Numbered from the stretch's first letter, positions 11,257 to 23,301 are shown. The stretch is 30,460 nt of DNA from Octopus sinensis (GCF_006345805.1 NW_021834073.1:1-30460), one strand, 5' to 3'. Program-made: numbers and translations. The notes: generated by a model not told the origin, from the letters alone.

Positions 11257-11645
11257 GAACCCAGTGAACTCCACATATGACCACCTCAACCAATTACTTT
11301 AACAAAGAAAGGGAGAAGGAAAGAAACTCCGCCAGTTGGGTGTCTAAGTTTAGCGTTACCATTCACACTTTCTCAGCTTGTCTTCCAGAGTCAGCCCAGT
11401 GAACTCCACATATGACCACCTCAACCGATTGATTTAACAAAGGAAGGAAGAAGGAAAGAAACTCCGCCAGTTGGGTGTCTAAGTTTAGCGTTACCATTCA
11501 CACTTTCTCAGCTTGTCTTCCAGAGCCAGCAGAGCCCAGTGAACTCCATATATGACCACCTCAACCGATTAATTTAACAAAGGAAGGGAGAAGGAAAGAA
11601 ACTCCGCCAGTTGGGTGTCTAAGTTTAGCATTACCATTCACTCAT
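11257..11645. repeat. ~135-140 bp tandem repeat x ~3, with a diverged unit at ~10755-10893
   Basis: CCCAGTGAACTCCA(C/T)ATATGACCACCTCAACC at 11260, 11395 and 11535. Confidence 0.85.
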
Positions 11646-12024
11646 TTTCAACTTCTGTCCCTGCACACAATTGTGACAATTGCCACTTCACAATTCCAAA
11701 GATCATCAGATTTGGGGTGGAAAAACAAAAAGAAATGAAAGTAAAACTAATATTTGTTATCTTTTATCCTTCATTTGTTTTAATCATTGAACTGTGACCT
11801 TGCTGGGATACAGCCCTGAGGAACTCATTGCTGAGATACAGCCCTGAGGAACTCATTGAACTGTGACCTTGCTAGGATACAGCCCTGAGGAACTCATAGT
11901 CAAATGAATGAACCCCAATCCTCATTTTTTAAAACTTATTCTACCAACTTCTTTAGTGAAAGCGCTAAGTTATGGGGATGTACCAAGTGGTGGTGGGGGA
12001 CAAAAACAGACAGTAACACACATA

Positions 12025-12420
12025 TACTCTTTTACTTGTTTCAGTCATTTGACTGCGGCCATGCTGGAGCACCGCCTTTAATCGAGCAACTCGACTCCGG
12101 GACTTATTCTTTTTGTAAGCCCAATACTTATTCTATCGGTCTATTTTGCCGAACTGCTAAGTAACGGGGACGTAAACACACCAGCATCGGTTGTCAAGCA
12201 ATGCTAGGGGGACAAACACAGACACACAAACATCACACGCATATATATATATACATACGACAGGCTTCTTTCAGTTTCCGTCTACCAAATCCACTCACAA
12301 GGCTTTGGTCGGCCTGAGGCTATAGTAGAAGACAGTTGCCCAAGGTGCCACGCAGTGGGACTGAACCCGGAACCATGTGGTTGGTAAACAAGCTACTTAC
12401 CACACAGCCACTCCTGCACC
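12025..12420 (-). mobile_element. SINE family A
   Basis: Reverse complement of 4916-5310. Confidence 0.85.
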
Positions 12421-12633
12421 TCATTGCTTTATATATATTTTCTGCATATTATTTTCCCCCATTTTATAATTGTGTGACTATATACGCGTGTATTATTTTT
12501 ATGTATAAGTATATACCAAATGTGTTTGTGTATACATGAGTACGAATGAATGTATATATACAAGTGTGAGACCGTATCTGGTGTACTTGTCTCCTACCTT
12601 CATACATATATATATCTATATATATATATATAT

Positions 12634-13373
12634 AAACTCTTTTACTTGTTTCAGTCATTTGACTGCGGCCATGCTGGAGCACCGCCTTTAGTTGAGCAAA
12701 TCGACCCTGGGACTTATTCTTTGTTAGCCCAGTACTTATTCTATCAGTCTCTTTTGCTGAACCGCTAAGTGACGGGGACGTAAATACACCATCGGTTGTC
12801 AAGCAATGCTAGGGTGACAAATACACACACATACACACATATATATATATACATATATACGACAGGCTTCTTTCAGTTTCCGTCTACAAATCCACTCACA
12901 AGGGATTGGTCGGCCCGGGGCTATAGCAGAAGACACTTGCCCAAGATGCCACGCAGTGGGACTGAACCCGGAACCATGTGGTTGGTTAGCAAGCTACTTA
13001 CCACACAGCCACTCCTGCGTATATATTTACGTTTGGTGTGTTTGACAGACAGGAAGGTGCATTTGTGTGTGTGTGTATATGCACCGCTATACATACATAA
13101 CTCGTGTATATTCCAGTTTTGTGGTGAATGTGAATAATGTGTTTACAGTTTGTGTTTTTGTGTATGTGTTTTTGTGTATGTGTTTTTATTTGTATAAACG
13201 TCTATATATCTACACAAGGATGATGTTGACTACATATTTATACATGTGTGTGTGTGTATATTTGTACATGTATATGCATGGTTTTGTATATCCACATGTG
13301 CATATAGAGATGTGTACATGAACAGAATGAGTGCATGGACAAGTGTGTAGATGTGTGTGTGTATATGTACACG

Positions 13374-13409
<36 letters not shown>

Positions 13410-14136
13410 AAACTCTTTTACTTGTTTCAGTCATTTGACTGCGGCCATGCTGGAGCACCGCCTTTAGTTGAGCAAATCGACCCTGGGACTTATTCTTTGT
13501 TAGCCCAGTACTTATTCTATCAGTCTCTTTTGCTGAACCGCTAAGTGACGGGGACGTAAATACACCATCGGTTGTCAAGCAATGCTAGGGTGACAAATAC
13601 ACACACATACACACATATATATATATACATATATACGACAGGCTTCTTTCAGTTTCCGTCTACCAAATCCACTCACAAGGGATTGGTCGGCCCGGGGCTA
13701 TAGCAGAAGACACTTGCCCAAGATGCCACGCAGTGGGACTGAACCCGGAACCATGTGGTTGGTTAACAAGCTACTTACCACACAGCTACTCCTGCGTATA
13801 TATTTACGTTTGGTGTGTTTGACAGACAGGAGGGTGCATTTGTGTGTGTGTGTATATGCACCGCTATACATACATAACTCGTGTATATTCCAGTTTTGTG
13901 GTGAATGTGAATAATGTGTTTACTGTTTGTGTTTTTGTGTTTGTGTTTTTATTTGTATAAACGTCTATATATCTACACAAGGATGATGTTGACTACATAT
14001 TTATACATGTGTGTGTGTGTATATTTGTACATGTATATGCATGGTTTTGTATATCCACATGTGCATATAGAGATGTGTACATGAACAGAATGAGTGCATG
14101 GACAAGTGTGTAGATGTGTGTGTGTATATGTACACG

Positions 14137-14174
<38 letters not shown>

Positions 14175-14916
14175 AAACTCTTTTACTTGTTTCAGTCATT
14201 TGACTGCGGCCATGCTGGAGCACCGCCTTTAGTTGAGCAAATCGACCCTGGGACTTATTCTTTGTTAGCCCAGTACTTATTCTATCAGTCTCTTTTGCTG
14301 AACCGCTAAGTGACGGGGACGTAAATACACCATCGGTTGTCAAGCAATGCTAGGGTGACAAATACACACACATACACACATATATATATATACATATATA
14401 CGACAGGCTTCTTTCAGTTTCCGTCTACCAAATCCACTCACAAGGGATTGGTCGGCCCGGGGCTATAGCAGAAGACACTTGCCCAAGATGCCACGCAGTG
14501 GGACTGAACCCGGAACCATGTGGTTGGTTAGCAAGCTACTTACCACACAGCCACTCCTGCGTATATATTTACGTTTGGTGTGTTTGACAGACAGGAAGGT
14601 GCATTTGTGTGTGTGTGTGTATATGCACCGCTATACATACATAACTCGTGTATATTCCAGTTTTGTGGTGAATGTGAATAATGTGTTTACAGTTTGTGTT
14701 TTTGTGTATGTGTTTTTGTGTATGTGTTTTTATTTGTATAAACGTCTATATATCTACACAAGGATGATGTTGACTACATATTTATACATGTGTGTGTGTG
14801 TATATTTGTACATGTATATGCATGGTTTTGTATATCCACATGTGCATATAGAGATGTGTACATGAACAGAATGAGTGCATGGACAAGTGTGTAGATGTGT
14901 GTGTGTATATGTACAC

Positions 14917-14920
<4 letters not shown>
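12634..14920 (-). repeat. Triplicated ~770 bp unit (SINE A plus TG/TA-rich flank)
   Basis: AAACTCTTTTACTTGTTTCAG at 12634, 13410 and 14175; units are near-identical and bounded by (TA)n. Confidence 0.9.
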
Positions 14921-14963
<43 letters not shown>

Positions 14964-15179
14964 GGATATCTCTATATTTTGCTCCATCTATACAGGATGT
15001 CGCTTCTCCCACCACCATTATAGGTGTCTACTCTTCGAACCCCCCTCTTCAATACGCTATTTCACCATGCATTACCCCTCTCTCGATATCCTACGTTCTA
15101 CTTGCCTAGAACCTGTCATCATTTCTCTGAACCACCCCTCCCCACTGGTGCTCCCCTATATTTCTGCCCCCCCCCCCAC

Positions 15180-15420
15180 ATAAAAAGCACCATCCGAACG
15201 TGGCCGATGCCAGACCCCTCTGGCACCTGTGCAGGTGGCACGTAAAAAACACCCACTACACTCGCGGAGTGGTTGACGTTAGGAAGGGCATCCAGCTGTA
15301 GAAACACTGCCAGACTAGACTGGAGCCTGGGGCAGTCCCGAGCTCCCCAGACCCCGGTCGAAACCGTCCAACCCGTGCTAGCGCGGAAAACGGACGTTAA
15401 ACGATGATGATGATGATGAT
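15180..15420 (+). mobile_element. R2 3'-UTR copy
   Basis: Same module with (GAT)n tail; another copy at ~16110-16382. Confidence 0.75.
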
Positions 15421-15477
15421 ATACATACTTACATATAAGACCAAAAAGGGTACGGGCGCCGCTATATATATGTATAT

Positions 15478-15760
15478 GTAAAAAAATACAAACTGGGACA
15501 AGAACGTAAAACATTTAGAAGACGATACAAAAAACACGGACGGGACATTCGAAGCCTTCAATCTTCAGTCAAGAACCGGATCATCTTCGCAATTTCGGCT
15601 GATTTATCTTGTGATTGTTCCGATCTGGCCAGCCCCAAAGGAAAATCTAAGCCAAGCGCATTAGATTCCTTGGAAGAAAGCCTCGAATGTATACAAAACA
15701 AGGACGGAAAACTGGACGATGTTACACGAATAAGAATACAAAAATACGTAAAAACTATAA
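15478..15760 (-). mobile_element. TA-embedded short element family H3 (Penelope-like terminus?)
   Basis: 15481-15599 is the reverse complement of 27710-27830; contains CTGAAGA..GAAGGCTTC GAA; both copies sit in (TA)n. Confidence 0.45.
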
Positions 15761-15774
15761 TGATAATAATAATA

Positions 15775-15811
<37 letters not shown>

Positions 15812-16649
15812 CACACACATGCGTGTGCATGTGTCTATGTATATGCATGCACATGTATGCATATGCAGATTCTATGAACAAAATTTTCCTTTCCCCATGC
15901 CTATTGGAGCAACTTCCCTTTATTCAACGGTTTTTTTTTTCAGAGTTTTTGTCTTAACTGAAGAGATGCCAGAGAAGACTTCAGCACCAACATCCAAAAC
16001 TGACTTTTATTATGGCAACTTACTAATTGTCCTACACTATACACATATATAAATTCCTCTATTTACATAATATCGAGGTCTCATTCATCCTTTTGTCATG
16101 AAAATTGCAGCTGTGATACCAGTGCCAGTGGTACGTAAGAAACACCATCCGAACGTGGCCGTTGCCAGCGCCACCCCGACTGGCCCCTCTGCCGGTGGCT
16201 CGTAAAAAGCACCCACTACACTCATGGAGTGGTTGGCGTTAGGAAGGGCATCCAGCCGTAGAAACATTGCCAGATAAGACTGGAGCCTGGTGCAGCCTTC
16301 TGGCTTCCCAGATCCCCGGTCGAACCGTCCAACCCATGCTAGCATGGAAAGCGGACGCTAAACAATGATGATGATGATGATATACACACAGACACACTCA
16401 TACACATGATTTTATATATAGGGGACCAAGACTCCTCACAGTTTGCTATGCTTGAAAAAGCGCGTCAAGCTAAGTGTGGCTGCCCTTGCACACAGGCTCG
16501 TCCTCTGCAACTCCCTCCAGCCGAGTATCCCTAATCTTGCGGGTTCATAGGTGCTGGTGCCACCTAAAAGGCACCCGTGCCAACGTTGCGTAAAGAGCAC
16601 CCAGTGTACTCTGTAAAGTGGTTAGGAAAGTCATCAGGCTACAGAAACC

Positions 16650-16880
16650 TATTTCTTTATTACCCACAAGGGGCTAAACATAGAGGGGACAAACAAGGAC
16701 AGACATAGGTATTAAGTCGATTACATCGACCCAAGTGCGTAAATGGTACTTAATTTGTCGACCCCAAAAGGACGAAAGGCAAAGTCGACCTCGGCGGAAT
16801 TCAAACTCAGAACATAACGGCAGACGAAATACCGCTAAGCATTTCACCTGGTGTGCTAACGTTTCTGCCAGCTCACCGCC
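16650..16880 (-). mobile_element. SINE family B
   Basis: Reverse complement of 8126-8354. Confidence 0.85.
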
Positions 16881-16891
16881 TTATCAGGCTA

Positions 16892-17205
16892 TCATCATCA
16901 TCATTATTCGACCGTGGTCGAGACAATGGAATTTACCATGCTATGCCAGACTTCACGGTCCATCATGGCATTACGGAGGTCCTGTTGCTAGATGCCTGTA
17001 TCTCTAGAGATTACATCAGGGTAGGAGAGGGTGCGCCCTCTGGTATTGCGAGTAGATGGTTTCCAGAGGAGAAGAGTAGAAATTACCTCTTTTTCAGCTC
17101 TACAACAATGTCCAGCAAACTGGACTCTCCTACCTTTCACAAGAGATGACACAGGTGGTAGTTTCCCATATATTTGTACTTTGGTTGGATGACACTTCCA
17201 CAAGA
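16892..17205 (-). mobile_element. RTE-like R1 3' fragment
   Basis: Reverse complement of ~6160-6474 (HPTKVQIYGKLPPVSSLVKGRRVQFAGHC...). Confidence 0.9.
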
Positions 17206-17609
17206 AGCTATAGAAACCATGCCGAAACAGACATGGAGCCTGAACAGCCCTTCAGCTGGTCACCTCCTGTGAAATCATCCAACCCATGCCAGCATGGAAA
17301 ACAGACATCAAATGATGATGATGATGATACCCACACACACACACACACACACACGTGTGCATGCATATATAAATTAATTACACATGCCACAGACTACTGG
17401 ATAAGCTGAAAATTAATTTAGAGTTTACCAGACAGTTAACTTCATTATGAAACAGAGACAAATGTAAACAAATATTTGCATCTCTGCGGACAGAAATATT
17501 TGAGTATTGTTAGAGTATTGTATGTTTCATTTCCTGCGCATTGAATGACATAGATTTTTGTTTACACTCGTTTACATTCAAGGGTGAGGTTAAAATTGTA
17601 AATATATCG

Positions 17610-18527
17610 AGGCAAGTGAAATCAATCAAAAGCAAAATCAAAATCGATGACTGGCCTCACCAAGGAAGTGACTAGTGACCGAGACTTTTGGAGATATACC
17701 GTGCGTGAGAAGACCCGGCAAGCCAAATGAGACCATAATCTCGTGGCCTATGCCAGGGGCGTAACCAGCCCACTTATGCGTACCTTTTCCTTCTTTGGAC
17801 ACTAAAACTTTGCTTGCGAAGACCGGTTGTGGCAAGTGAAATCAAAATCAAATTCGATGAGTGGCGTCCGTACTAGCAGGGTGCAAAGAGCACCATATGA
17901 GCGCGATCATTGACAGAGCAGCTAACCGGCTTCCACGCCAGTGGCACTTAAAGGGCACTATTCAAGCGTGATCGTTACCAGCGTTGCCTTACTGGCACTT
18001 GTGCCTGTGCTAGTAGGGTGCCAAGAGCATCATCCGAGCATGATCGTTGCCAGAGCAACCAACTGGCTTCCGTGCCAGTGGCACTTAAAAGGCACCATTC
18101 GAGCGTGATCGTTACCAGCGTTGCCTTACTGGCACTTGTGCCTATGCTAGTAGGGTGCCAAGAGCATCATCCAAGCGTGATCGTTGCCAGAGCAGCCAAC
18201 TGGCTTCCTTGCCAGTGGCACGTAAAAGGGCACCATTCGAGCGTGAACAATACCAAAGCCGCCTTACAGGCACCTGTGCTGGTGGCATGTGTAAAAGGAT
18301 TCAAGCGAGGTCATTACTAGTACCGCCTGACTGGCCCACGTGCCAGTGGCACATAAAAAGCACACTCTCGGAGTGGTTGGCGTTAGGAAGGGCACCCAGC
18401 TGTAGAAACTCTGCCAAATCAAGATTGGAGCCTGGTGCAGCCATCAGGTTCGCCAGCCCTCTGTCATAATCGTCCAACCCATGCTAGCATGCAAAGCGGA
18501 CGTTAAATGATGATGATGATGATGATC
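17610..18527 (+). mobile_element. Long R2 3' end with internal 137-bp tandem repeats
   Basis: 17680-17735 resembles the R2 ORF end at 6810-6860; CCAGCGTTGCCTTACTGGCACTTGTGCCT at 17978 and 18115; ends in the common module and (GAT)n. Confidence 0.7.
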
Positions 18528-18786
18528 AACATTAAATTTTAGAATTTTATACATGTTTGTGCATCTTGAGTAAGTACTCAAAAAGACCTGCCCACCAATG
18601 GGTATCCATCGGTCTAAGTTCACCATGGATCTATATCATCAACATTTAATGTCCGTTCACCATGCTGTGGTAGGTTGGACAGCTTGAAAGGATGTGGCAA
18701 GGCCAGGGCCTGCAGAAGCTTCCATTGTCTCTTTGGACTTGGTTTCTGCAGCTGAATCACCTTCCTAATGCCAGTCACTTTTTTGA

Positions 18787-19566
18787 GTGCTTTTGACGAG
18801 GCACCATCACCAGTGCTTTTGACGTGGCACCATCACCAGTGCTTTTGACGAGGCACCATCACCAGTGCTTTTGACGTGGCACCATCACCAGTGCTTTTGA
18901 CGTGGCACCATCACCAGTGCTTTTGACGTGGAACCATCACCAGTGCTTTTGACGTGGCACCATCACCAGTGCTTTTGACGTGGCACCATCACCAGTGCTT
19001 TTGACGTGGAACCATCACCAGTGCTTTTGACGTGGCACCATCACCAGTGCTTTTGACGTGGCACCATCACCAGTGCTTTTGACGTGGAACCATCACCAGT
19101 GCTTTTGACGTGGAACCATCACCGTGGAACCATCACCAGTGCTTTTGACGTGGAACCATCACCAGTGCTTTTGACGTGGAACCATCACCAGTGCTTTTGA
19201 CGTGGAACCATCACCAGTGCTTTTGACGTGGAACCATCACCAGTGCTTTTGACGTGGAACCATCACCAGTGCTTTTGACGTGGAACCATCACCAGTGCTT
19301 TTGACGTGGAACCATCACCAGTGCTTTTGACTTGGCACCATCACCAGTGCTTTTGACTTGGCACCATCACCAGTGCTTTTGACGTGGAACCATCACCAGT
19401 GCTTTTGACTTGGCACCATCACCAGTGCTTTTGACGTGGCACCATCACCAGTGCTTTTGACGTGGAACCATCACCAGTGCTTTTGACGTGGAACCATCAC
19501 CAGTGCTTTTGACGAGGCACCATCACCAGTGCTTTTGACGTGAAACCATCACCAGTGCTTTTGACG
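18787..19566. repeat. 26-bp minisatellite, ~30 copies: CAGTGCTTTTGACGTGG(C/A)ACCATCAC
   Basis: Counted about 29 full units, one half unit (~19123-19136) and a terminal partial; no spacers. Confidence 0.97.
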
Positions 19567-19700
19567 GCAAAAGAGACCGATAGAATAAGTACTGGGCTTA
19601 CAAAGAATAAGACCTGGGATCGATTTGCTCGACTAAAGGCGGTGCTCCAGCATGACCGCAGTCAAATGACTGAAACAAGTAAAAGATTAAAAGAGAGTAA
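19567..19700 (+). mobile_element. SINE A 3' part
   Basis: GCAAAAGAGACCGATAGAATAAGTACTGGG...GAAACAAGTAAAAGA. Confidence 0.85.
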
Positions 19701-20109
19701 GAGTATACATTCTATCTGAAAACTAGACAGTTGTCAGGTTGTTCATGTCCACATAAATTTAGTGGTTCATCAAAAACAGATCCAAAAGAATATGTACCAA
19801 GGTTAAAAATAACATCTAGGGTCTGAAACCTAGATGACTGAAGCGAGAGTATACGCACACAATGACATTAGTTGAAAGGAAAAAATACTGAAGTCCTTCC
19901 AGCAGGAAACTTCAGGTTCCAGAAATATCACAAAAATTCTGTTGAAACGAATATTTAGCCACTTTTCAGGTTTTCAGAACTTAGTTTTCCAGTTCGTTAC
20001 TAACGTATGCATACGCATGCACGAATATATATACATACATACACACACACAATTATTAAATATGTAAAATATAAGAGTGTACCCCATTTTTTCCCAATTT
20101 TTTTTTTTT

Positions 20110-20525
20110 TTCCAAAAACCCCCATTTTCGAATTCCGGAAAATTGCCAAAAATTGGCATTTTGAAATTTGCCCTCCCCAATTTCTTCATTTTTCACTTTT
20201 TTTCCGTAACCCTAAAGCCCAAACCGTAACTATAAAAATTTCTGGAATTTTTTTTTTTCAGAATCATAATCTCCGTATTTTTCTCTTTTTTTTTTTTTTT
20301 TAATTTCTGAAAAAAAATTTTCTACAAAAACTTTTGGAAATTCTTTTCAGAATTATAATCTCCGCATGTTTCCGCATATTTGGAAAAAAAAAAAAAAAAA
20401 AAAAAAATTCTGAAAAAAGTTTAAAATGAAGAAATTATGGAAGTTGGGGTAATTTCAAAATGCCAATTTTTGCTAAATTTTTTTTTGCCGATTCGTATAC
20501 TCCGTAGCCGAAAACGGGGGTTTGT
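20110..20525. mobile_element. Foldback / MITE-like imperfect inverted repeat
   Basis: AAACCCCCATTTTCG...CAAAAATTGGCATTTTGAAATT...AATTTCTTCATTTT (20115-20192) is mirrored at 20423-20524. Confidence 0.65.
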
Positions 20526-20789
20526 AGAGAAAAGAAAAAAGAAAAAAAGGGGTGTTTTTTGTGGGGTGGCATACAAAAGGAAGTCTTGCCTGAGATATGC
20601 GTTGGCTATTTATATCACAGTATCTCCCAGAATCACTCATATTCATCAGTTGAGCTATTTTCCTACAGAGCATCATATACATACACACAAATACATACAT
20701 ACATGAGGCTGTAAAAGTTACACATAACCAAATAGAATGTCTATATAACTAGGTTCCAAATTACACAGTGTACATGTGTGTATATATAT

Positions 20790-20970
20790 ATGGCGATTTT
20801 TTTTCCTCTGTCTTCCCTTTTCGGGATCTTTCCTTCTCCTATGTTTCTGACGAAGAGCTCAGCTCGAAACGTTAAACCCTTCTTTCCTGAGCGTCCAATA
20901 ATACTATATTTGTTCCACGTCCTCGTGTTGTTGTGTCTTTTTTGTGTTTTCTTGTTTGGATTAACTTTAT
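20790..20970 (+). mobile_element. Hammerhead-bearing element H1, copy 2
   Basis: 20843-20877 reads GTTT CTGACGA A GAGC TCA GCTC GAAA CG TT AAAC. Confidence 0.65.
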
Positions 20971-21380
20971 AGGACTGTGTGTGTGTGTGTGCAAGCGTGG
21001 CTGTGTGATAAGGTTCCGGGTTCAGTTCTACTATAGTCTCGGGCCGGACGGAAACGGATTTGATAGACGGAAACTGAAAGAAGCCCGTCGTGTATCACAG
21101 ACACGTGTACTCTTAACATAGTTCTCGGGGAGATTCAGCGTGACACAACAGAAACGGGAACAATACAACAGAAACAGGAACAATTAGAGAAAGTTGTGGT
21201 GAAAGAGTACAGCAGGGTTCGCCACCCATCCCCTGCCGGAGCCTCGTGGAGCTTTAAGTGTTTTCGCTCAATAAACACTCACAACGCCCGGTCTGGTAAT
21301 CGAAACCGCGAGTTTCGATTACCAGACCTAACCACTGAGCCATTGCGCATCTGTCTTTACCTCTGCCTATATATTTATAT

Positions 21381-21995
21381 ATACAACGGTAATCGAAACC
21401 GCGAGTCCGCTGCCCTAACCACTGGGCCACTGCGCCTCCCCGTCTTTACCTCTGCCTATATATGTATATTTGTGCGTGCAATGTCTATCCCCCCTGACAT
21501 TGCTTGACAACCGATGCTGGTGTGTTTGTTCTCGTAACTTAGTGATCCGACAAAAGAAACCGATAGAATAAGTACTACGCTTACAAAGAATATGGCCTGG
21601 GGGGGTCGATTTCTTACACTAAACACCCTTCTTTAAGGCGGTGCTCCAGCATGGCAGCGGTCAAATGACTGAAACAAGTACAGAAATATAATACATATAT
21701 CACTTTTCCCGTGTGAGTGAATGTATTTTGCCATCTCTTTTCTAAAAACTATGATGTATATATTTTGTGTACTTATTATACCGACGCAAATGCCTACCCA
21801 AAGACGTTACCACCGACAAACATGGATAAAGAATGTGTGTGTGTGTATGTGTGTGCGCTAATATACACACATATTTGAGTGTGTGTATGATACATATGCA
21901 GACAATAAGACCGTTTGTGAAATTCTTCAAACTTAGAGGATTCTGGTAGGGCCGTTAAAAAAAGCACATCTCTATGTATGTGGAAAGTGTATGTG

Positions 21996-22026
<31 letters not shown>

Positions 22027-22175
22027 TATATATATATGAATTAGAGATAAAACCATATAGATATATATATATACACACTATATATATATATACATACACA
22101 TACATTTTTCACATACATAGAGACGTGCAACCATATATATACACATACACTATATATATATACATACATTATATA

Positions 22176-22215
<40 letters not shown>

Positions 22216-22995
22216 CAACGGTAATCGAAACCGCGAGTCCGCTGCCCTAACCACTGGGCCACTGCGCCTCCCCGTCTTTACCTCTGCCTATATATGTATA
22301 TTTGTGCGTGCAATGTCTATCCCCCCTGACATTGCTTGACAACCGATGCTGGTGTGTTTGTTCTCGTAACTTAGTGATCCGACAAAAGAAACCGATAGAA
22401 TAAGTACTACGCTTACAAAGAATATGGCCTGGGGGGTCGATTTCTTACACTAAACACCCTTCTTTAAGGCGGTGCTCCAGCATGGCAGCGGTCAAATGAC
22501 TGAAACAAGTACAGAAATATAATACATATATCACTTTTCCCGTGTGAGTGAATGTATTTTGCCATCTCTTTTCTAAAAACTATGATGTATATATTTTGTG
22601 TACTTATTATACCGACGCAAATGCCTACCCAAAGACGTTACCACCGACAAACATGGATAAAGAATGTGTGTGTGTGTATGTGTGTGCGCTAATATACACA
22701 CATATTTGAGTGTGTGTATGATACATATGCAGACAATAAGACCGTTTGTGAAATTCTTCAAACTTAGAGGATTCTGGTAGGGCCGTTAAAAAAAGCACAT
22801 CTCTATGTATGTGGAAAGTGTATGTGTATATATATATATATATATATAAAATATATATATATAATATGAATTAGAGATAAAACCATATAGATATATATAT
22901 ACACACTATATATATATATACATACACATACATTTTTCACATACATAGAGACGTGCAACCATATATATACACATACACTATATATATATACATAC

Positions 22996-23040
<45 letters not shown>
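21381..23040. repeat. ~830 bp tandem duplication (SINE fragments plus TA-rich flank), with further partial repeats to ~23580
   Basis: ATACAACGGTAATCGAAACCGCGAGTCCGC at 21381 and 22213. Confidence 0.9.
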
Positions 23041-23055
<15 letters not shown>

Positions 23056-23241
23056 TACATCTCTATGTATGTGGAAAGTGTATGTGTGTGTGTGTATATA
23101 TATATATAGTGTATGTGTGTATATATATATATAAAATATGAAGAGATAAAACCATATATATATATACATACACATACATTTTTCACATACATAGAGACGT
23201 GCAACCATATATATACACATACACTATATATATATACATAC

Positions 23242-23301
<60 letters not shown>

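Noticed and set aside
14961-15180. Unique-looking segment as a possible exon
   Set aside because: No paired splice sites or recognisable protein; abuts an R2 copy and is probably old TE sequence
18787-19566. CRISPR array
   Set aside because: Units are directly adjacent with no unique spacers, there are no cas genes, and the context is eukaryotic
20590-20662. Minus-strand mini exon (TAG|GAAAAT...CAG|GCAAGA)
   Set aside because: Weak acceptor, suboptimal GC donor, and the peptide KIAQLMNMSDSGRYCDINSQRISQ is not recognisable
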